From positions 72,056 through 136,055 of the forward strand of contig JBAYHH010000001.1 of assembly GCA_041666265.1 (NCBI GenBank): DNA of 64,000 bases, written 5' to 3'. Position 1 is the first letter of the stretch; every line of letters starts with the position of its first letter. Shown piece by piece: positions 27,710-35,909 of the stretch. The stretch comes from Candidatus Magasanikiibacteriota bacterium. Its GTDB lineage: Bacteria; Patescibacteriota; Patescibacteriia; Magasanikbacterales; GWA2-37-8. Made by a program: the position numbers and the translations under genes. Below the pieces are notes generated by a model that ran no database searches, was not told where the DNA came from, and saw nothing but the letters and a program-made list of their open reading frames with translations.

Positions 27710-27769
27710 ATTTGCTTCGCTCGCTCGGAAATGAAAATTAATTTTCATTTCCGAGCGAGCGAAGCAAAT
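27710..27769. repeat. 60-nt perfect palindrome (ATTTGCTTCGCTCGCTCGGAAATGAAAATT|AATTTTCATTTCCGAGCGAGCGAAGCAAAT)
   Basis: reverse complement checked base by base for the central 56 nt; extends to 60 nt; lies in a convergent intergenic region. Confidence 0.9.
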
Positions 27770-27774
27770 TAACT

Positions 27775-27806
27775 GGGCGGGCGGAAGGAAGGGGTGTGAG
27801 GAGGGA
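27775..27806 (+). repeat. G-rich tract with four G3+ runs (GGGCGGGCGGAAGGAAGGGGTGTGAGGAGGG), potential G-quadruplex
   Basis: seen directly. Confidence 0.5.
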
Positions 27807-27860
27807 ATTCTGCTCGCCTACCGTGGCCCTGTTAGGATTGTCGATTTTAAGTTTTTACAT

Positions 27861-27896
27861 TAAAAAACAAAAGACAACCGTGATTGTCTTTTGTTG
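27861..27896 (-). terminator. rho-independent terminator of the DUF4325/GHKL operon (minus strand)
   Basis: minus-strand read ACAAAAGACAA-tcacgg-TTGTCTTTTGT-TTTTTA immediately after the stop codon. Confidence 0.7.
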
Positions 27897-28259
27897 TTAG
27901 CACGAACATTTCGCTAACGCATTAATATCTGTTTTTTCAATCTGAATATTTATTTCACTATTTCTCGGCACTGCGCGATTGGCTGCCACTATTCGGAACA
28001 TCTCTTGTACATTTTCGATAGTATTTACGAAAGTTATGTATTTTTTGTTCAACCATTTTCTTTGTAAATCTTCTTTCATTAAAAGCAGTGCGTGAGCAGC
28101 CGAACGAGAAACAAATTCAACCTCGGAAAAGTCTAAATCAACCGATTGAGCATCGGCCTTATTTACCGCTTCGACCAAAACCGGCATCAAATCGCGAGAT
28201 CCCACGATCGGGGCCAATGTCTTGGCCACATTGATTGTTATTTTGTCTTGTTTAGCCAT
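27897..28259 (-). CDS. DUF4325 (STAS-like) domain protein
   Basis: 120 aa; ITINVAKTL...SVDLDFSEVEFVSRSAAHALL...ITFVNTIENVQEMF follows the DUF4325/STAS-like pattern (V-x-x-DF-x-x-V-x-x-x-S-S-F-x-x-E). Confidence 0.55.
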   Translation of the reverse strand: MAKQDKITINVAKTLAPIVGSRDLMPVLVEAVNKADAQSVDLDFSEVEFVSRSAAHALLLMKEDLQRKWLNKKYITFVNTIENVQEMFRIVAANRAVPRNSEINIQIEKTDINALAKCSC

Positions 28260-28287
28260 ATAATTTTAGTATACCAGAAAAAGTATA

Positions 28288-29142
28288 TTATTCCAAATAA
28301 GGAGAAATGTCAACTGGACCGAGCGGTTTTGGTATGCGATACGCGACAACAACGCCTTGCCAATAAAATCCGGGTAAGTCCACAATTTTTTGATCTTTAC
28401 CACTTGCCACTAAGGCAGACGAACCAGATAAAAGCACAAATTCGCCACCCAAACATTCACAAACTACTTTTTTTGATGTGCGCACGCCATAACCGCGCTC
28501 CACGCTTGGTTTGGTGGAGTGACCTTTCAAAACTTCCACTATTGAATCCGCGTCGGATAATTTTAATCCTTTCTCCTCTTCATAAGTTTTAGCCAATCCG
28601 CGCCCACAGTCAACGATGCAAATATCCAAATAATTTTTCTTGGGATAAAATTGTCCAAAGATAAAGCCTTTATCTTGTTTGCTGTGATCAAAAATGTTGG
28701 TAACGAGTTCTGTAATCGGATAATGCACCGCATTTTGCGCGCCGGCTACTGAACCCAAAACGCTGTACACCATCATAGAAAAAAGCGACTCCAATCTTTC
28801 TCGCTCCGGCCCTTTTTCTTTTTTCAAAATACTAATCGGAATATAACTTTTGTGCGCTTGGATTTGTTGTTGGAAAACCGAAACGCTATCAACTCCATAT
28901 GGAAAATTTATTGCGTTTAAATATGAGTGGTTGACATTGTTTTCGTCCTTACAATGGCGGCTGTTATAACAGTTTATATGTGCGCTCAACGGTAAGATTA
29001 AAAGAGGATAAAACCAATCTACATTAGAGATATCAAAATCACGTTGGTCAGAAAAATTAGTATCCTTAAAAACTTTATATAAGCACACCAGTTGAGCGAC
29101 TAACGAGCTATCGTTTGGTTTGGGAACAATGTATTTTTCCAT
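28288..29142 (-). CDS. GHKL-superfamily ATPase (HATPase_c, RsbW/anti-sigma-kinase-like) with a ~130-aa N-terminal domain of unknown function
   Basis: N-box ITELVTNIFDHS, G1 box IVDCGRGL, G2 box KGHSTK...GYGVR; AT-rich coding sequence. Confidence 0.65.
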   Translation of the reverse strand: MEKYIVPKPNDSSLVAQLVCLYKVFKDTNFSDQRDFDISNVDWFYPLLILPLSAHINCYNSRHCKDENNVNHSYLNAINFPYGVDSVSVFQQQIQAHKSYIPISILKKEKGPERERLESLFSMMVYSVLGSVAGAQNAVHYPITELVTNIFDHSKQDKGFIFGQFYPKKNYLDICIVDCGRGLAKTYEEEKGLKLSDADSIVEVLKGHSTKPSVERGYGVRTSKKVVCECLGGEFVLLSGSSALVASGKDQKIVDLPGFYWQGVVVAYRIPKPLGPVDISPYLE

Positions 29143-29254
29143 ACATTAATTATATCATATTGTTATTTTATCCTAAATATTACAAAATAACAAGCTTTTT
29201 TAAACTTGTCTACGATAGTGAGTCGCCGCCGAAATCGGGCCCTATTCAACTGTG

Positions 29255-29325
29255 TTCCGAGACTAGGATTCGAACCTAGATAACGAGATTCAGAGTCTCG
29301 TGTCCTACCATTAGACGATCTCGGA
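29255..29325 (-). tRNA. tRNA-Gln(CUG)
   Basis: minus-strand read TCCGAGATCGTCTAATGGTAGGACACGAGACTCTGAATCTCGTTATCTAGGTTCGAATCCTAGTCTCGGAA; anticodon stem CGAGA/TCTCG with loop CTCTGAA (CUG). Confidence 0.8.
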
Positions 29326-29336
29326 GTAATAATTTC

Positions 29337-30158
29337 TTATTTAGAAATACGCGTCGTGCCCAAAGGGATGGATTCCAGCCACTCCTTCGAAACAATGCGC
29401 ACCCAATTCCATTGCCATTGGTGGTTTTTGAACACTTGCGGATTGTCGATGCCGTAGCGCTTGCCATACTGCAAGTAATACACGCCTTTTTCACCGGCCA
29501 ACCGCACTAATTTCGGGGCGGTAAAAAGCACTCGCGCCGGACCGTCGGCTTTACCGGTGGCATGGTCAAAATCATGTAAACTGCTCGTTATGGTAGCATA
29601 TTGATAGCGATAGTCAAGACCGGAGCGGTGGTTTCCCGGGTCATCAACAATGAATTCCATTTTTATCGGGTCGTATCCCGTAATCGGCATCACATGGTAT
29701 GACGATCCGCCTCGACGCCAGGGGATATTCGGGTTTTTTAAATCATAGCCGTAATGAAAAGAAATCACCGGTCGCCCCGCGTCTAATTCGGCAATGATAT
29801 CATCAATAGCGGGGTCACTTTTGATGTAAGCGGACATCGAAGTATAATCATTGATTATTTTGGCGGTTCTCGCCGCGTCAGTATCGGCGCTGTTTTTCCA
29901 CAGTTTTTCTTCGATGCCAAATAAGGGCCACATTAGTTTTTTGGCATTGGCACGCGTCAGACGAGCGTCGTGATTGCCGGCATAAAATTGCTCGATCATC
30001 ACGATTGCGGCTTCCTCACAGGCGTTATTCCATGGTTTGATCCACCGGCCATCGGGAATTTCCGAAGTATAAGGGACACTCAAATTGACCGTCGTGGTCG
30101 CGGCGTTCGTAAAAAGCGGAGTATATAATAGCGCCAAAAATAAAAAAATTTTTTTCAC
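29337..30158 (-). CDS. secreted papain-like cysteine peptidase, Peptidase_C39_2-like
   Basis: signal peptide; catalytic Cys context PWNNACEEAAIVMIEQFYAG and His context SYHVMPITGYD. Confidence 0.55.
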   Translation of the reverse strand: MKKIFLFLALLYTPLFTNAATTTVNLSVPYTSEIPDGRWIKPWNNACEEAAIVMIEQFYAGNHDARLTRANAKKLMWPLFGIEEKLWKNSADTDAARTAKIINDYTSMSAYIKSDPAIDDIIAELDAGRPVISFHYGYDLKNPNIPWRRGGSSYHVMPITGYDPIKMEFIVDDPGNHRSGLDYRYQYATITSSLHDFDHATGKADGPARVLFTAPKLVRLAGEKGVYYLQYGKRYGIDNPQVFKNHQWQWNWVRIVSKEWLESIPLGTTRISK

Positions 30159-30216
30159 AAAAATTATTATATCAAAATCGGATTATTTTTTATATTTGAT
30201 ATATAGATTGGATTTT

Positions 30217-31806
30217 TTATTCGCTTACCACTTCACCGCCAAAATCGGCCGCGACGACATTGATAGATTCATTGTCCAAGGTATTTTTTGCCGGCTGGCC
30301 ATCAGATACCACCGAGCAGGCGATCGCGATGCGTTCACCGCATAATTTTTCCAAACAATCTTCAACCGCGCGCTTATTTTTTTTGTCATTGATTTTTTCT
30401 TGGTGAAAAGAATAGGGGACGCTAATATTCAGGTGGCCACTATCGGTCGATAACAAGTCACACAGTTTTAATACAAAAGTCAACGAATGGTTGCCGGTAT
30501 CGAGTTGTTTGATCATCTCGTCCCACCGAATTTTTATTTCATCAAGTGAGATTTTGATCGGATGATGCGAGTGAGCAATCGACGAAATTGCCGATTTGAT
30601 TGACGATGTGATCGATGTCGACTTGGGTGGCGGGAGAGATTCGGACGGGGCAACAATGGTCACCGGGGCGACCGGCGTTGCCGTTTTTGTCGCATTTTTT
30701 TCCGTATCGTTTATCGCATCAATCGGAGCGGTCATTTCGATCGCCAATAACTCGAGCGGCAGTTGCGGGATGGGCGCGGATTTGATTTCGTGTTTGCGCG
30801 CCAAGAGGCGATCGATAAAAAATACCAACCGAGCCGGAGATAAAGTTGCAGAAATTTTACGAACGCGCTTCAAAACATCTTCGCTGTAATCGGTGTTTAC
30901 CGTGTTTTGTCCGCTTTGCAAAATCATCGTAACGCGCAATATTTCAATCGCGTCAAAAGCGAATTCATCGAGATTGACTCCGTCGGCGACACTGTCCGCG
31001 ATGATTTTGATGGCCTCCGCCGGCGTGCCGGCCACGATGTGCTCGATAAAACCAATCACAGTACCGGCGTCCGACACCGGTAAGATCATTTCCGCGTCCG
31101 CTACCCCGATTTTTTTGAGATTTAACGACATGATTTGTCCGAGCAAACTCTCGGCATCGCGCAGGCAGCCATCGCTTTTATTGATCACGCGTTCGATGAC
31201 CGCTTTGTCCACTGCAATTTCTTCTTGCGCGCAAATTTCAATCAGCCGTGTTTTCATTTGTTCAAACGGCACTTTTTGAAAAGCGAATCTCTGACACCGC
31301 GATACGATAGTCGGTAATATTTTGTGTAATTCGGTCGTGGCTAAAATAAAAATGACATGCCGGGGTGGTTCTTCAATGGTTTTTAGCAAAGCATTAAAAG
31401 AACTGGTCGAAAGCATGTGCACTTCGTCGATAATAAATACTTTGAAAGGGGATTTGGTGGGTTTAAATTGCGCGTTTTCGACAATATTTTCACGCACATC
31501 ATCCACGCCGGTGTGCGACGCGGCATCAATCTCGATCACATCGATGTTTCGTCCCTCGGTGATTTCTTTGCACGAAGAACACTCGTTGCAAGGCTCGAAT
31601 TTATCCGTCGGACGATTTTGGCAATTGACCGCCTTGGCCAGGAGTCGGGCGATGGTGGTTTTGCCCACTCCTCTCGGGCCCGAAAACAAATAAGCCTGCG
31701 CGACTTTGCCGGTGGCGATTTCGTTAGTGATGGTTTGGATGATGTGTTGTTGTCCGGTAATACTCGCAAAAGATTGCGGTCGATATTTACGATATAATGT
31801 GGGCAT
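30217..31806 (-). CDS. dnaX: DNA polymerase III gamma/tau subunit
   Basis: YRPQSF...GQ, Walker A GPRGVGKTT, zinc-module CNECSSCKEI, Walker B IIDEVHML, SRC motif VSRCQRF. Confidence 0.9.
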   Translation of the reverse strand: MPTLYRKYRPQSFASITGQQHIIQTITNEIATGKVAQAYLFSGPRGVGKTTIARLLAKAVNCQNRPTDKFEPCNECSSCKEITEGRNIDVIEIDAASHTGVDDVRENIVENAQFKPTKSPFKVFIIDEVHMLSTSSFNALLKTIEEPPRHVIFILATTELHKILPTIVSRCQRFAFQKVPFEQMKTRLIEICAQEEIAVDKAVIERVINKSDGCLRDAESLLGQIMSLNLKKIGVADAEMILPVSDAGTVIGFIEHIVAGTPAEAIKIIADSVADGVNLDEFAFDAIEILRVTMILQSGQNTVNTDYSEDVLKRVRKISATLSPARLVFFIDRLLARKHEIKSAPIPQLPLELLAIEMTAPIDAINDTEKNATKTATPVAPVTIVAPSESLPPPKSTSITSSIKSAISSIAHSHHPIKISLDEIKIRWDEMIKQLDTGNHSLTFVLKLCDLLSTDSGHLNISVPYSFHQEKINDKKNKRAVEDCLEKLCGERIAIACSVVSDGQPAKNTLDNESINVVAADFGGEVVSE

Positions 31807-31809
31807 AAT

Positions 31810-34365
31810 TTAAAGACTGGCTTCACTTAAATCATTTTTTACCGTTGCGGGCGCGCCCAGTTGCGAGCGCTCCATAATTTCGGATTCGACGATTTCGCGC
31901 GGTCGGCCGTATTTGAGGCGAGATAGTTCTTTGATGGCGGCGGCCAGCTCGAGGTCGCCTTTCTGCGGGGGGAAGGTCATCATATTAAACGGCTTACAAG
32001 CAGTATTGTCAATAAGCAATTTAATGTAGGCGGTGTATTGCTCGACATTGATGAGATCGTGCGCGTTGAATACCGGCATAAATTCTTTTTGCAAAATCTC
32101 GGCATCATCCGGGCCGATGCGAAATGTCACGATCGTGCCGGCGTTGCCGATCACCGCGTCTCGGACCGTATTCTTTCCTTTATTGTCTACCAGCTGTCCC
32201 ATATATTGGTGGGCGATGATTAAATCGAGGCGGTATTTGCGCGCTTCAGACAAAATCGTAGCGATCGAATCGGTGATGAAATTTTGAAACTCGTCGATGT
32301 ATAAATAAAAATCGTGGCGATCGTCTTCGGCGAGGCTGGCGCGCTCCATCGCGGCCATTTGGAGTTTGGATACGATGATCATGCCGAGCATGTTGGAGTT
32401 GATCTCACCCACGAGACCTTTGGCCAAATTTACCAATAATATTTTTTTGTTATCCATCACTTCGCGAAAATTAAATCCGGAATGCGATTGGCCGATAATA
32501 TTGCGCATCATCGAGTTTTCGACAAAACGGCCGACTTTGGAAATCAAATAACCAAGCATTTCCGATTTGTGGAAATCAGATGTTTTGGCCATTTCTTTGT
32601 CCCAAAAGGCCATTACTACCGGATCTTTGAGTTTCTTTTTCCAACCGGCGACAAAGGCGTCATCGGTGAACATGCGCGGGACTTCGGCGATTGTGCCGGG
32701 AGTTTCGAGATCAGACATGAGGGTAAGCATTACATTGCGCATGTTGTGCTCAAACATCGGGCCGATCATTGACGGGTCCGTCACCATTTTATAAAACATG
32801 GCGATCATTTCTTGGGTGGCAAAATCTTTTTGTTCTTCGGATTTGACTTCAAGCATGTTGAGACCGACCGGACGATCAGTATCGGACGGATTGAAATAGA
32901 TCACATCATCGGCGCGTTCTTTGGGGACATGCTGTAAAACATATTCCACAAAATCCCCGTGCGGATCGATGACACACACGCCTTCGCCGTTAATCACATC
33001 TTGCACCGCCATGTTTTGGATAAAGACCGATTTACCCACACCGGATTTACCGATGGTATAGACATGGCGCCGGCGATCCGGTTTTTTGATGCGCACGGCT
33101 ACTTCTTCGCCGCGATAGACAGATCGCCCCAAGATGATGCCCTCGGTAGGCATATTGGTGGGCGGGGGAGCCTTGCGCGCGCCGAGCCAGTTGATGTGCG
33201 GGGTCTCGGTGCCCGGATTGGGCATGTGCCAGAGTGAGGCCATCTCCTCGGTATTGACCACCATGTATTTGCGTTCATTGAAAGAGCGGTAAATCGATTC
33301 GCGAATTAGACTGCTCGGACGGCTCGGCACTTTGGCGACAAAAGAATTGCCATAACGATAAATATTATACTGGCCGTAAGCGTTTAAAATATTTTGCAAA
33401 GTCAGAATGGCTTTTTCTTTGTTGCCGGCCGCCGTCACGACGCGCACATTGAGCTCCAGTCCGCCGTGGCTAAGTTTTTCCTCCATACTTTTGACCATTT
33501 CCTCTTCCATTTGGGTCAAGTGATACGATTCGCCAATGCCGCCTTGTTTGGAAGCGTCTTTGTCTTTGGGAAAAAATGTTTTTCTCCAGCGATAAAATCC
33601 ACGCATCAGCCAGCCGCGCTGAGCGACATATTCAAATTTTTGTCCTTCGCGAATATCGCGAATCATGTGCACGCCTTGCCGACGCCATTTGGCGCTGGCC
33701 GGTCGAACTATGTATTGGATCATCGCGCCCTCGTCGTCGGGAATTTTACTAAGCGGATTGAGCAGTGACAGCAAGGGGTCGCTTTCCATTTTTTTGAAAG
33801 TTTTGAAAGGAAAAGCCGATTTAAATTTATTCCACAGATGGGCGCCCACGATATGGCTATTGGGTTTGAAGATATTGTAATCAGGCTCTTCGGTGATTTC
33901 AGCGTGCGGATATTGCGCGTGGATTTGTTGCTCCACGAAATTGGTCAGTTTATCCGGCACGGCCACATAAAAAGATATTTTTCCACCGGTGGCGACAATC
34001 TCGAATGATAAATGATCATTGCGACCGCGCAACCAAGACAAAAATCCGCTTTCGCGCTTGAGTCCGGCAACGGCGGCAAACAGCGAATCGGCCACGGCGA
34101 TAACTTCACGCGTTAAATTAATGTTTTCCGACTGATTGGCCATGTTTGGATTTTCGTTTTTCTTTTCTTTTGGCACCTTGATCAAGATAATCGTGCGATG
34201 GAAGGCCTTGCCGGATTTATTGCGAGCGCGCCAAAAACCACGAATCACATGTAACGCCATCACCGCTCCAATGATCGCGATCAAGCCCAAAAAAAACAAA
34301 AAGACGGTCGGATGGGATCCGAGCCATTCGCTAAAAACGACAAGCAAATTAATTAGGTCGCTCAT
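31810..34365 (-). CDS. membrane-anchored FtsK/HerA-superfamily ATPase, type IV secretion coupling-protein (VirD4/TraG/TrwB)-like
   Basis: N-terminal TM (FLFFLGLIAIIGAVMAL); C-terminal ATPase with Walker A TIGKSGVGKS followed ~20 aa later by VIDPHGDF (T4CP DPxGE-like motif); SEARKYRLDLIIAHQ arginine-finger region. Confidence 0.6.
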   Translation of the reverse strand: MSDLINLLVVFSEWLGSHPTVFLFFLGLIAIIGAVMALHVIRGFWRARNKSGKAFHRTIILIKVPKEKKNENPNMANQSENINLTREVIAVADSLFAAVAGLKRESGFLSWLRGRNDHLSFEIVATGGKISFYVAVPDKLTNFVEQQIHAQYPHAEITEEPDYNIFKPNSHIVGAHLWNKFKSAFPFKTFKKMESDPLLSLLNPLSKIPDDEGAMIQYIVRPASAKWRRQGVHMIRDIREGQKFEYVAQRGWLMRGFYRWRKTFFPKDKDASKQGGIGESYHLTQMEEEMVKSMEEKLSHGGLELNVRVVTAAGNKEKAILTLQNILNAYGQYNIYRYGNSFVAKVPSRPSSLIRESIYRSFNERKYMVVNTEEMASLWHMPNPGTETPHINWLGARKAPPPTNMPTEGIILGRSVYRGEEVAVRIKKPDRRRHVYTIGKSGVGKSVFIQNMAVQDVINGEGVCVIDPHGDFVEYVLQHVPKERADDVIYFNPSDTDRPVGLNMLEVKSEEQKDFATQEMIAMFYKMVTDPSMIGPMFEHNMRNVMLTLMSDLETPGTIAEVPRMFTDDAFVAGWKKKLKDPVVMAFWDKEMAKTSDFHKSEMLGYLISKVGRFVENSMMRNIIGQSHSGFNFREVMDNKKILLVNLAKGLVGEINSNMLGMIIVSKLQMAAMERASLAEDDRHDFYLYIDEFQNFITDSIATILSEARKYRLDLIIAHQYMGQLVDNKGKNTVRDAVIGNAGTIVTFRIGPDDAEILQKEFMPVFNAHDLINVEQYTAYIKLLIDNTACKPFNMMTFPPQKGDLELAAAIKELSRLKYGRPREIVESEIMERSQLGAPATVKNDLSEASL

Positions 34366-34874
34366 TTTTTATTTTTTAGCAATAGAATTTTGTCGGTTTT
34401 GATTTTTGCTTCCTGCTCCAAGAAAAATTTATTAATACCGGGCAACATTTTGAGCCACTCGTATATCAGCCGAAAAATTTTACGCACTTTTATATTGGTA
34501 GCTTCGAGTAATTCACGAATTTTATCAGCGGTTTCTTCTCCTTTGAGCTTAAACTCTTGTTTGGCGACAGGAGACAGCTTTTCGTAAGATTCAAGCAAGT
34601 CTTCGGACATGAGTTTTTCAATTTTGGCGGTCACTTCGTCGCGCATTTTGGGCATGATCGCCGATGGTTTGCCGAACGCAGGCAATTTCAAGGACGGCTT
34701 GCCTGACTCGGCGCGCGTACTGTGTTTGCCCGGAGTAGTTTCGGGCGCGTCCTCGATCGGCTGTTCGGTCTCCGGTGTGATTGATTCGGGTGATGCCGGA
34801 GACAACAAGCTTTCCGGAAGCGGACGAGTAGCTTCGGGCAAGTCAACTTTTTCTTCTTTTTTTAAGGTATTCAT
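34362..34874 (-). CDS. hypothetical protein (~170 aa): disordered Pro/Glu/Ser-rich N-terminus and helical C-terminus; first gene of the T4CP-like/dnaX operon
   Basis: start chosen at ATG 34874 (MNTLKKEEK); ATGA overlap with the downstream ATPase gene. Confidence 0.45.
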   Translation of the reverse strand: MNTLKKEEKVDLPEATRPLPESLLSPASPESITPETEQPIEDAPETTPGKHSTRAESGKPSLKLPAFGKPSAIMPKMRDEVTAKIEKLMSEDLLESYEKLSPVAKQEFKLKGEETADKIRELLEATNIKVRKIFRLIYEWLKMLPGINKFFLEQEAKIKTDKILLLKNKK

Positions 34875-34982
34875 AGCGTAATAATTATAGCACATTTGGC
34901 CGGCGGTCGCAAATATCCTTGGTGGATAAATGGAAATGTGGTATAATACAATTATTAAAAAATTGTCAAATTGTTTTAGTGT

Positions 34983-35909
34983 ATGAAAAACATTCAAGAA
35001 ATTCAATTTAACGGGTTGCTTTGGGTGAATGTCACCAAGCAAGCGGAAAAAGAATTGGCGGAAGTGCAAAAACGCTTTGGCTTCTTGGAGTCGGATGTAA
35101 CCGAAAGTTTGCCTCCGTTTCAACGCCCCAAGATCATGAAGCGTGAGAATTATTATTTTGTGGTATTGCATTTTCCGGTTTTTGATCGCGAGACGCGCCG
35201 GCTCGGTTTTACCGAGGTGGATTTTTTTCTAAATGGCAATAATCTGATCACGGTGCATAGCGATAAATTACATGTGATTGAGGAGTTGTTTAATCAATGC
35301 CGTAAACACGAGGATCAACGCGCGCTATATTTTTCCGGCACCGCCGTGCATATTTTATTTGAATTACTCAATCGCTTGCTTGAGGGGATTTTTCCGATCC
35401 TCTTGCATGTCAACGATGACATCAATCTGGTGGATAAAAAATTATTTTCTCAATTGCCCAGTCGTCAAATGGCCGAGGAAATTTTACGCCTCAAGACCAA
35501 TATCGTCACCTTTCGACGCACCATGCAGGGGCATCGCACCGTGCTCGAACGCCTCATTATGTATAGCGGGCGCGATTTGGATATTGGTTCTTTTCAGACC
35601 TATATCAATAATTTGCGCGAGTTTACCAACGAGATTTGGCACATGCTCGAGAGTCAGAAAGAGAGCATCAACGCCCTCCATGAGACCAATGAGTCGCTTG
35701 TTTCTTTGCGCACCAGCGAGATTATGAAGACATTGACGATTATCTCGGTAATCACTTTTCCGCTGACACTATTTGTGGCTTGGAGCGATGTGGGGGTTCG
35801 CGGCAATTTCTTCGGCATGATTCCGGGCGGATTCGCGGTTATTTCACTCTTGATGCTTTTGGGCGCTTCGTATATGATTTATTTTTTTAAGAAACGAAGT
35901 TGGATGTGA
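34983..35909 (+). CDS. CorA-family divalent cation transporter-like protein (degenerate GMN motif)
   Basis: 308 aa with two C-terminal TM helices; FPLTLFVAWSDVGVRGNFFGMIPGG aligns with the CorA FLPxT...YGMNF region. Confidence 0.55.
   Translation: MKNIQEIQFNGLLWVNVTKQAEKELAEVQKRFGFLESDVTESLPPFQRPKIMKRENYYFVVLHFPVFDRETRRLGFTEVDFFLNGNNLITVHSDKLHVIEELFNQCRKHEDQRALYFSGTAVHILFELLNRLLEGIFPILLHVNDDINLVDKKLFSQLPSRQMAEEILRLKTNIVTFRRTMQGHRTVLERLIMYSGRDLDIGSFQTYINNLREFTNEIWHMLESQKESINALHETNESLVSLRTSEIMKTLTIISVITFPLTLFVAWSDVGVRGNFFGMIPGGFAVISLLMLLGASYMIYFFKKRSWM

Noticed and set aside
27775-27800. SRP (4.5S) RNA domain IV, because of CGGAAGGAAG
   Set aside because: Both flanks are G-rich, so the helix 8 pairing and GNRA-tetraloop context cannot form.
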